From the NCBI RefSeq assembly GCF_026571515.1, contig NW_026866846.1, positions 124,001 through 188,000 of the forward strand: a stretch of 64,000 bases of DNA, in the 5' to 3' direction. Under the pieces are notes generated by a model, which saw only the letters and a program-made list of their open reading frames with translations, was not told where the DNA came from and did not search any database. This DNA is from Ruditapes philippinarum. Lineage: Eukaryota. Position numbers and translations under genes: made by a program. Positions 1-11,274 of the stretch are shown one piece after another. The stretch's first letter is position 1; each line of letters begins with the position of its first letter.

Positions 1-2072
1 CATCTAAAACATTGAGTCTAAAACATCTTGAACGCAGCTTTTGCACTTAAACAAAACTTAATAAATCTACAAGTAGCTATCCGACTCTATTGAACAAAAA
101 TTTGAACAAAAACAGTTTCACACACGTTGAAAATTAATAGTTGACCTCCAGTTTTTAACAGTGTGTGTTTGTAGAGCTCAAAATGTAAAAAAAGGAATCC
201 CTTAAGAACATCAATATTAGCAAAAATAAAAGGTGTTGCAGGTCTGGTTTGCTCAGTCCTATGATTGTTGGCTTTGCATTGTTGATATCTGTTCTAATTA
301 TTTTAAATATGTCTGATCATATACCGTACTGTCAAGTACAAGCCACCATTCACGTCCCCTAGTGCCGGCTTGAGCAGATTTCAAAATTAACATTAAATGT
401 TAAAGATTTTACCTAATAAACATCCGATAAGTTTAGAACAGTTAATGGTACACGTTAGTCATATTCAAGGAAAAGCTGTGTATAGTTCCCAAGTAATAAA
501 TCCGTGTACCCGTAACGAGAAAACAATATGATTTTGAAAGGGGACAAGAGGTTATGAAACTGTATATTACAGATAAGCTTTCAAAACCAAAAAAAAAAGA
601 AAAAAAAAGAAAAGAAAAAAACGGCAAAATACTCTAAGGATGAATATTCAGTATTCAAGAAGGAATACTGGAACCAACAAATTGAAAGAAATAGAAGTAA
701 ATTAGTTCCAAGCGGAATAAAGACTACTAGGGATGATAAAAATAACCGGACTTGACCATAAATGAAACATGAACAAAAAACATAAACAAATGAAAAAGTT
801 ATGCTTTTAATGAAATGCGGCGCATATCATGGTTTTCAAAGTCGCTTTTACGGACAAGCAAATTAGATTTTTTATAGGTATTGCTTTCCGATTCAGTGTG
901 ATATATAACAAAAATTCACAGCCCTAGTCCTGTTAAAAATGTTAATCGTGCTAGGGGGCGTGGACGGTAACTTGCACTTTCCAATACCGTTCATGAACAG
1001 GCTCAATCAAACCGAGCCTGCAACATTTTCAATTTTGCCGTGTTGGGCTTTCTTTAGGGATTCTGTATTTATCTATTTGACAATAGATAACATTTTCTGT
1101 CTCAAAAGAGTCTCACAACATTTTCTCAAAAGCAAAAAGTGGAGCTTTTGGCTTCAAGGCATTTCATAAATGTGTCTATTTCTCCTTAAGTTCATTCGGT
1201 GCACTTTTGCAGAGAGTAACCTGTCAGATGATACAGTAAAAGTTGGTATAAAATGCTCCCGTACACTCAACTGAAACCTTATTCTAATTCAATGAATTCG
1301 ATGAGCTGGCGATATTCTGACTCATAGCGAGGAGAGGCATTAAATACACTTGGAACTGGTACAGGGACATATAGGCCTCTATCAGATTAAATTAGAAATT
1401 AGATTACATGGACGGTTTAAGTGACCTACAGCTTGACCTAAAATGCAGTTCTTGTTCACATTGAGGTGCATTATCACCAGTTAACATTGAAGGGTACGAC
1501 GGTGACGTGTCCCCGTATCCGATAGAGTTCTGCTACTTATCTGTTAAGGTTGATGCACACTCATTAAGCCAAGAAAACATCAACAATTAGAGTAATTTGT
1601 TGAGCTATTATACGTTATAACAAATCACGATATACATGTAATTGTTTATGGATCGTATATTGATATTGCTGGTTAGTGTATGCTACATGACCCGATTAGG
1701 CATTTGTTTTTTATCAGATAATAGCTTGTTCAAGAACAAAATAGTATTTTCATCATCATCATCACCATCATCATTATCATCATCATTATCATCATTATAT
1801 TTATTGTATCATAGTTTGGGGACATTTCTGTTGAAAATGTGTCAGAGTTAAATCGTATACATTACATATACATGCACAGTGCGTTAACTGGAGTGCAGGT
1901 ATTTGTTACCCGCACTCCAGAGCATGCCCATTGATTGGCTCATTTTTCCTGGGGTTTACTTATTGTGACGGCAGGGAAAGGGAAAGCGACAGAAATATCA
2001 TATTCAGATGCTCATGCTCATTCTTGGTTACATTTGTCTGGGGTTTCTTATTGTGACAACAGGAAACGAGTT

Positions 2073-2073
<1 letters not shown>

Positions 2074-2127
<54 letters not shown>
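2074..2127. repeat. (TTA)n microsatellite
   Basis: Direct reading; it explains the poly-Y and poly-I ORFs. Confidence 0.95.
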
Positions 2128-2800
2128 AATATCCATACTAAACAACTTAAATGTCTATCTTTTTTTTCAAGAAATGTTTTTTATAAGAATATCCAAGTGA
2201 AACATATTCTATTGTTTAGATCAATATTTGAATTACCTATGTAAAACGTGCTCACTGTGAACTAATTTATTTTAAAGAAAACCTGTAGATATGGCATAAA
2301 CTTCACAAGCAATATTGATCTAGGAAGGGCTTAATCTAATGTTGTAAGAACTTGTTGTCCAACCCATTTACATTTTGATATATACTCATTATTTGTATAA
2401 TATGTTTGTAAACATGTATTTAATGCAATAAAATATGTTTAAACTAAGCGATATAGATGAACAACATGCATTTCAGTTTAAGTTAATGAAGTTGCAAATG
2501 TTTCAGTGAATATTTAATGCTGTTGACAAATTGATTATCGATTTTTAAAAGTGGATTGACTTATTTCGACAAGTCATTTAAGAATTTGTATAAAATGGAC
2601 TATAAACGACATACCTTAAGATCTTTTGTACGTGTATACTCATAAAAATATTAACATGTTTATTTGTTATAACTAATATTTCGACAATAAGAAAAAAATC
2701 GAGATCCCTAAATTACAACCAAAACAGCAAGATTAAAAATGTTGCAGACTCGCTTGATTTAAACAGGAAATGGTGAAATTTCGAATAAAGGAACATTTCC

Positions 2801-3733
2801 AAAATTCTGGAAACAAAGTGATCCCTCGGAAGCATTAATCACAACAAAATAACATAAGAATTGCAGACTCGGTTTGATTGAGTCTGTACATGAGGGATAA
2901 TGATTAAGTGCAACATCCCTCACGCCCCCTAGCACCGGCTTGAGCGGTACTCAATTCTCAACACTTTATAGTGTTGGCATCAATGATCCCGAAGGACCAG
3001 AAAATATAACAACACTGAAGTGAAGTACGGGGCAACTTTTTACGGCTGCCACACGGCACTTGACACCTGCTGTTGTGAAGTACAAAATTCTGGAAACAAA
3101 GTGATCCCTCGGAAGCATTAATCACAACAAAATAACATAAGAATTGCAGACTCGGTTTGATTGAGTCTGTACATGAGGGATAATGATTAAGTGCAACATC
3201 CCTCACGCCCCCTAGCACCGGCTTGAGCGGTACTCAATTCTCAACACTTTATAGTGTTGGCATCAATGATCCCGAAGGACCAGAAAATATAACAACACTG
3301 AAGTGAAGTACGGGGCAACTTTTTACGGCTGCCACACGGCACTTGACACCTGCTGTTGTGAAGTACAAACTTCTGGAAACAAAGTGATCCCTCGGAAGCA
3401 TTAATCACAACAAAATAACATAAGAATTGCAGACTCGGTTTGATTGAGTCTGTACATGAGGAATAATGATTAAGTGCAACATCCCTCACGCCCCCTAGCA
3501 CCGGCTTGAGCGGTACTCAATTCTCAACACTTTATAGTGTTTGCATCAATGATCCCGAAGGACCAGAAAATATAACAACACTGAAGTGAAGTACGGGGCA
3601 ACTTTTTACGGCTGCCACACGGCACTTGACACCTGCTGTTGTGAAGTACAAAATTCTGGAAACAAAGTGATCCCTCGGAAGCATTAATCTCAACAAAATA
3701 ACATAAGAATTGCAGACTCGGTTTGATTGAGTC
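2801..3733. repeat. 283-bp tandem array, about 3.3 near-identical copies
   Basis: Units start at 2801, 3084, 3367 and 3650 with only a few substitutions. The unit derives from the dispersed CCCCTAGCACCGGC repeat family. Confidence 0.97.
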
Positions 3734-3862
3734 ATAAGCCACAAAATGTAGGTGCTTCTGACAATTCTGCAATCATAATACTCAGCAACAAAACATTGTT
3801 TAAACAAATGTGTGCTCTGTCTGTCCGTCAATCTTTAATAATCTTATCAAATATCTACCATA

Positions 3863-5550
3863 TCAAAGATATTGTCCTTGACATAAATTCATATATCAGA
3901 CTCTTTGCAGATGATACAAGTTTGTATATTATCGTTGACAATCCTGCTACCGCTGCTGCAACACTTAACTTAGATCTCGAGAAAATTACTGTATGGGCAA
4001 ACAGATGGCTTGTCACTTTCAATCCAAATAAAACTGAATCTGTCATTTTTTCCCGTAAGGTTAATAAACCTGTTCATCCTCCCCTTAGTATGAACGGAAT
4101 ACAAATAAATGAGGTGACCACTCACAAACATCTTGGAGTAACTTTTTCATCTGAAGGAACTTGGCATACCCATATAATGAATATATCACAAAAGGCATGG
4201 CAACGACTTAATATTATGAGGTCTTTAAAATTCATCACTGATCGTAGATCACTCGAAACTATATATCTTTCTTTCATCCGGCCTCTTCTTGAATACTCAG
4301 ATGTAGTCTGGGATAATATTACTCAACAAGATGAATTCGAGTTAGAAAAAATCCAACTTGAAGCCTGCAGAATTATAACTGGTACAACGAAACTTGTTTC
4401 TTTCTCAAATCTGTATGAAGACACATGTTTTCAACCCCTAAAAGTAAGACGCTATAAACACAAACTAATTCTGCTATATAAAATGTTCAATCACCTATCT
4501 CCACAATATTTATCTTCCATAGTTCCAAACACAGTAGGACAAACTTCAGTATACAACTTACGAAATGCAAGTAACACTAGAAATATTTTCTGTCAAACTC
4601 AACTTTATTCAAATTCATTCTTACCATCTTCGATTAAAGACTGGAATGATCTCCCTGTCGAACTAAGAAATGCACCATCGCTTGCAATTTTCAAAAAAAG
4701 ACTAAATGAAGATGTCCAAAAAGTTCCAGCTCACTATTATATAGGTGAAAGAAGATATCAAATAATACATACACGATTAAGAACACATTGCAGCTCTCTG
4801 AAAGAACATCTGTTTTCAAAAAACATAATAGATAGCCCTTTTTGTATATGTGGTGAAATAGAAAATACAGAACACTATTTCCTCCGCTGCCCCATGTATC
4901 AAGATGACCGCACTATCCTTATAAACAATTTAAGTCAAATCACAACTGTTACATTGAATAATTTACTATACGGCGATAATTCACTTACCGGTGCTCAAAA
5001 CGAAACAATTATATCACATATACATAAATACATACAAAAAACAAAAAGATTTGATACATAATAATATTCGTTTGAAAAGAAAAAGGTCCTCCAACTCCAT
5101 AGTAGTAAAGTGACTCTCTTTCTCTTGTTCCTTATCTCTTCTTCTCTTCTATTATTACTTCTCCTCCAATGTACATGTTTTAATAATTAAAGTTCTCAAC
5201 ATATTAGTTTAATTAACCAATCACTAAACTAAGCAATATATCCCTTTAAAAATGAATTCATACTCGTGCTTATACCTCTAATCTAACAGCAATGTATCTT
5301 AAAATTAGTTCATGAATACTTGACATAAACATAGTATGTATAGTAAGAAAGCAAGAACAAGTCGATATGATATGTATAGTTTAGTTTAGATATTTATATT
5401 TTGTTACCATTTTTTGAAATTTGTTAAATACTGATTACGGAGAGAGTTTTCAAAAAAGCTTTTCAAGCTTCCTACTCAATCCGTAAATTTTATTTTATGT
5501 AATTTATTATGTAAATGTGTGGTTTATAAATAAAATATTGTTTAAACTAA
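3863..5550 (+). mobile_element. 5'-truncated CR1-group LINE (C-terminal RT region plus Cys/His tail)
   Basis: The ORF has LFADDT, KHLGV, RPLLEYSDVVWD and CxCG..E..EHYFLRC. The 3' end is AATAAAATATTGTTTAAACTAA. TSD (AA)ATATCTACCATA at 3849-3862 and 5549-5562. Confidence 0.92.
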
Positions 5551-7482
5551 ATATCTACCATAACTCCTATTAATCCTGCTACAGTTTTCATATCTCAATA
5601 ATCGTTCCAAATCTTTCAAAAACACTGGCAGTGTGTTCGACTTCAATATAGCAATTTAAAAAAAAAGGAAAAAACAAGATCATCAAGGAAGGGCAGCTAC
5701 ATGCACACAACCCCACACGATCCAGCAACACAGGACTACCACCGGCAAGAAGCCCAGGAACACACCAAAACAAAAACAGGACAGAGCACAAGTCACAGCA
5801 CGGACGGGGTTCGTCCCGTCAAGTTCTTTTCGAAAACAAATCTAAACGCACACATTCTATAGCTTAACACTCAGAGAAGGTAACTTATTCTAAATATTTT
5901 TAATTGAATGTCGTGAAACCGAGTTTTTATAATTAACCATTTATTTTCACCTTTCATCAATCCCGAGAGATGCACCTTTTGCATGTGTTGCATTGGTTTG
6001 GTTATTGGTTTTCTAGAGTATACTTATAGTATACCTTTAATTGTAATGGAAATATGACCATGACAGTTGTTTTCATTTTTTCCTATATTCGAATGTGAAT
6101 ATTAATATGTTTGTTTTTTTTTGTTCTTTCTTTGGGGTATTTTACAATCACATCATGTATGAAAATCTGAAAAGCTGAAAAGAAAAAAGTTTGCAAATCG
6201 GTGCAGTAAAATATAGTAACTGGGTGCGTTTTATTCTAGATTGAATACACTTTGAAGTTCACCCCTCAATAAAGCATTAGGAGAAAATACGTTTTATATA
6301 AACCTATGTGTATATATGGGTTACACAAAAAAACGTTCTAAAATTTATGTGAATCATCCTGAAACTACTCCATTATACGAAATCGTTTTGGAAACATCAA
6401 TCTGATGCTGTAAGATCCCACAAAAGAGTCAATAATTTAATAATGTGTAGCATTTAATGTAAATTCAGTAGCAAATCGAATGGAACTTTGTAAAGAATAC
6501 CTGTAAGGTTTGCACATTTTACACTGATAAAAAATTGAAAATTATTATCAAATATCTATTTTTTCGGTATGTACATAAAAATCCATGCAATGAAAGTGTA
6601 AGAAAGATTTTTTGTTACTATTATTTTTATTATTATTATTTTGCGCGAAACAGGATACTCCTTTTTATTATTATGTTTTGGTATTTTAACTGATTACGTT
6701 TGCTGTTTTCTTTTCCCACTTTGATTGTGCGGTCGATGTTTTGTTTTCTCGTCAATAACTAGCAAACAATTCGTCAAAATGAGAACCAAAAAGTAAAAGT
6801 TTATTGACATGTACGAAAGTATCCACAATTCTTACGACCTATAAAGTGTTTAAAGTATATTGACATGTTAAACGTCATGTCAATGAAGAAAGGAAAACAA
6901 TTAGGGTAATCACTTTCATACGATGGGTACAGTTGTTAAATTACTTAAAAAACTGTGAGAAATCTCGGGATGAATTTAGAATAAGATATTATTTAAAATT
7001 TTACAGACTCGATGTGATTGAATCTTGATACGAAAGGGTAACTTAAGGTGCATAAATCTGCCTATAGCATAGAAAACATTGTTTGGATAGAAAACACTTA
7101 GCAAAAGAAATTCAATTAATTTAATCAACATAGGGATTTGACAGTGATAAAAGTCACGACAAAGTTAAACAGAATAAACAAAAATGAGGAAATAATCAAA
7201 ACAGTACTAAAATTTTATCACGCTTTTATTAAGTTTTATTGTCTAATTCCTAAAGACAATTCAATTATTTATTGAATAACGTCATACTTTGGCGGAAATT
7301 ATGTGGTTACGTATAAAGTCATTTTGTGTGGTTTATAAACAAGGCATCTATAAACAATTCTCTAACGTCACCAACCTTTTGAGCTTCGTAAAATTTTTGT
7401 GTATTTTTGCTAACATGATAGATTAATATTTTATTCTTAAGCGCTTTATTTAATGCCCGTCAGCCTTTTATTACCGTTAAAC

Positions 7483-7605
7483 CATGCTAATTAGTAGTAA
7501 TTTATTCGTTTTGATTCTAATTAAGTAAATAAGCAGCAGATTTTGCAACCTAATTAAAGCGATTCATCTTACAAAATGTTCGTACATGAGATATATATAA
7601 AGCTG
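7483..7605 (+). promoter_or_regulatory. Proximal promoter of gene 1 (CATGCTAAT...GTAATTTATTCGT block and TATA box)
   Basis: Block conserved upstream of the paralogs; TATATAAAGCTG lies about 80 nt before the ATG. Confidence 0.65.
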
Positions 7606-7672
7606 TGCTATGAACGTTTCAGCATTTTATAATATTTTAACTGCTGTCGATATAACACATTAAAAATAAAAT

Positions 7673-9514
7673 ATGGAGAAGAGTTTATACTTGTATTTCT
7701 TTCAAGCTATTGTAAGTATACATTTACATTTTGCTTGCGTGTAGCCTGAACAAGATTAAGTACTTAATCAGTTTATACTGTGTTTGTAATCACTAACTTT
7801 TGAATTAGCATCAATGGTTTTAGAGAAGGCTGAACGGAACTTATTGTTGTATGTTTGTCTCCTAAAGTTGTCGTGTTTACTTTCACAATTATATGTTATC
7901 AACATATGTTCATTTAGCTAACAACTTCATAAAATTTTCTATGTGGTAAACTAAAAACATTAACTATACAAATTATATAAACGGTTATTTGTGTTGTTAT
8001 TAGTTGTGATACCTTTTTGTTCTCAATATTTACTTTAAAACTGACAAATAAGTGATATTTGGTGCGAAAAAAGTGAAAACATCACATCACATTACAGATT
8101 CACACTTAGACTTATTATTTTTATATAATTATTATTATCATAATTATATATCGTTTTTTGTTTGTTTCTTTGTTTTTGATTTTGTTTTTTGTTTTGTTTG
8201 TTGTTTTTTTTTATATTAATTTATGCTTTAATTGTCAGATCTTCATAGATTTCTTACCTGCTCTTGCTGCTACATACATAGAGTGTAAATGTTTGTATTA
8301 TATAAATTTAGTTATTATATTCTTTTGCAGATTGCATTCGCAATATTGGCACTAACAAATGGACAACCGGGTATGTGTTACTTTTTGTTGACCTAGTTTT
8401 ATTTCTATCATAAATGTACAATGTTTAGTGCTCATACAATTTTATACACATTAATGTTAATGTCAGCGTTTAATATTCGGAAAGTTTTTTAAAACACATT
8501 GTATTATTTAATTATGACGAGCTAACTCCCTGTTATTGACATTTACTTGACTTAAGGTTGTTGTCAGAGAATTAATAACAACATAAATAAAACAAATGCT
8601 TATTCGTCCTATCATGCTTCAATCTTAAGATTATGATCGTAATTTATTGTTGTTTCATAAACATTTGTAAAGTTTTATATTTCCTGTTACCAGGATACGG
8701 AAGAAGACGAATCATACCGAAGAGAATATACCCAAGACATCCTATTGGTGGTGGTATAATTGACCCATATCCTGGAGGATCTATTATAAGCGATCCTTAC
8801 GTTGATCCATACATTGGGACTGATACACTTGGAGGTGGAGTGTACCCTGCAGGAGGTATAGGTGTTATTGGTGGTCGGCGACGCCCAGTTATCGTAGATG
8901 ACAATTCAAGAAGAGATGCTCAGGATATAAATGTATCAAATAATAATGTAAATGTGGAACGTCACACAGGTTCAAATAATGTCCATGTAAATCAAGGTAA
9001 GTTATTCACTTCTGGAACAGTTTCTATAGATTTTATAATAATAGTATTACAAATGTTAATATAAAGAAAAACAATTCATTACAAAATATCTTACAAAACG
9101 CATTTAATTAAATTGAATATAAGTTCCGAACTAAAGAATCTGCAAATCATTCAGTGAAAAGCCTATTTTCATGGTTGGAGTGTTAGGATATAACCTACGT
9201 AAAATAACATTGTCTCTGATGCTTCGGGTATCATTAACGTGCATACATATGACAAATTATTTTACTTCCTATCAATTATTTCAGTTACAAACACTAGGAC
9301 TTGTGAGTGTCAAACTGGTCATATAATGGGAGGACAATGTGGTCTATATCAACAATGTGTATCAGACAGTTCATGTAGTGGCGGAGGAGGAAACGGCGTA
9401 TGTCGGGACACTGGCATTGGCGGTCCCATCATGGATGGTCCCATGATGGGTGGCCCAATTATGGGTGGTCCAGTTATGGGTGGTTTTGATGGACATGGTC
9501 ATGGTGGATGGTGA
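7673..9514 (+). CDS. Cluster gene 1: secreted Gly/Pro/Tyr-rich protein with Asn-rich motif, 6-Cys module and Gly/Met/His tail (203 aa, 4 exons)
   Basis: Exons 7673-7711, 8331-8370, 8694-8996 and 9285-9514, all GT-AG, intron phases 0,1,1, total 612 nt open. Starts MEKSLYLYFFQAIIAFAILALTNG|QPGYGRRR and ends ...CECQTGHIMGGQCGLYQQCVSDSSCSGGGGNGVC...GHGHGGW. TATA at ~7594, AATAAA at 9540. Confidence 0.9.
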
Positions 9515-11274
9515 TAGTATAATTGTACAATTTTTAGATAATAAAATATTTATGTCAAAACTGTATTGCATTTTATTATTCCTTTAATGGTGCCATGTGC
9601 ATGAAATATGATTTTAATATACTCTTTGTAAATGATCCAAGTAAATATATATGAAAAAGTATCGAAATAGAAAGAATGTTAATTTGTTCGTCAAATTTCA
9701 ACACAAGTATGAAGTCTCACATGGAAATGATGCAAACAGCCATTTACATTTGTTGATGCTGATGAATAACGAGTTCGAGAACGTATGTTTGTAAGGCTAT
9801 AAACAATGAAAGAACAACTTTTTGAAATAATGGACCATATCATTCGTCGACTCTCTAATGAACACTAACAATGCATGTCAGAGACAGTTTATTTCTGTTT
9901 AAGTACAAATAATAACGAAAAAATAAAATACATGAAAATAATAATATTTTAATTGTTTTGTTAAACGAACCTGAGTGTAAAGAAACACACTCTATGTGAC
10001 ACGTTTTACCATTGAATAAAGAAAGGTGTTTGTACAGTGGTGGTAGAAACATAATACTTAGTGGTTAATTTAGACCTAAAACAAATAATGACAAATTATA
10101 GAGCTAAAGGTTTATAAAACATGTCTGTCTGACAGCATGCTCTAATTTTCTCAGTGATTGACGAAAGCAAAAAATGAAAGGAGCACAATGATTTAAGTGC
10201 TCAAAAATCTTTATGCCTTTGATAGTGAACTAAAATTAATAGTTTCAAGTGAAAAACTAAGATGCAAATTGCCATTGGAAGTTAATAATAATTAGTTATT
10301 ACATAATTATGTCCCCGAAGAGCGGCATATTAAAATCACACTGTCCGATGGTCTGTGCGTCTCCACTTACACAAAATTCGTGTCCAGATTGTAACTGTGC
10401 CATGTATTGAAATATTTTTAAATAACTTAGCATACATGTCTACCACATCCAGATTAGACCTATGTCTCTACCTCAAAGGTCAATTTAACACTTACAGCTT
10501 GAAAATAGAGAAAATAAGAATCGCTTAAGAAAGCCCAACACGGCAATATTGAAAATGTTTTAGGTTCGGTCTGATTGAGCCTGTTTATGGACAGTACTGT
10601 CAAGTGCAAACACAGCCTTCGCCCCCTAGCACCGGCCGGCTTGAGCAGAATTCAACATTTAACATGAACTGATACAATTTTTAAACATCCGCAGATGTGT
10701 TCATATTGCGGTTATCATGGAATCTTCAATGTGACACGTAAGTGCAATTCCATGAAAAGCGACATATGGTCCCCAAGTACAAAAATGCGTGTGCCCTAAA
10801 CGAGGAAAAGATCGGCGGAATTAAATAAAATGGAATTTTGAAAGGGGATCAGAGGTTATGAAACCTGCATATCACAGCAAAGACGCCAAAAGACAAATTT
10901 ACAAGTTCACATTCTCACAATTAGAGTTTAACATGCATTGAGGAAGTTTAACATAACATAGCATATATGTCTACCATTTCAACACGAAGTGTGTTGTCCA
11001 ATACATCCTTAACTCCAAGATCAATGTCACCCTTATAGTTTAAAGTTTCCCATACTCACAAAAAAGTTTGAAGGTACACATTCGTTTCCGGGCTGTATCT
11101 ATATCATGCAAGGAAGGATTCTATAACAAATTTGTATAATTGTTAACATCAAGACGTCGCGTCTTGTACATAAGATACTTTTTGAGGCAGTTCTTCTTTG
11201 ACATTTTTTAAAAGTTGAACAAGGTCAAAGATTTTTAATTAGAGAAGGAACATAACTTTGCAAGAATGATTTAA

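Noticed and set aside
1935-2244. Poly-Tyr and poly-Ile ORFs
   Set aside because: Translation of a (TTA)n microsatellite.
2958-3831. Three near-identical 82-86 aa ORFs on the minus strand (tandem genes, or a CRISPR-like array)
   Set aside because: They are by-products of the 283-bp tandem repeat. There are no unique spacers, no cas genes, and other copies of the repeat do not keep the frame.
3727-3862. N-terminal 45 aa of the 444-aa ORF as part of a gene
   Set aside because: It lies upstream of the TSD, so it is chance read-through into the truncated LINE.
8633-9514. Treating ORF-track entries such as 8633-9064 and 9239-9514 as separate single-exon genes
   Set aside because: Similarity between paralogs starts and stops at AG/GT sites, so they are exons 3 and 4 of one gene.
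7673-9514. Naming the family shematrin, prisilkin or defensin
   Set aside because: The similarity is only compositional. The C-terminal RKKKY-like motif of shematrins and the defensin Cys spacing are absent.
9755-9790. CTGATGA as a possible hammerhead ribozyme core (also on the minus strand near 37097)
   Set aside because: No stem II followed by GAAA, and the first site is not conserved in the paralogous flank at 24175.
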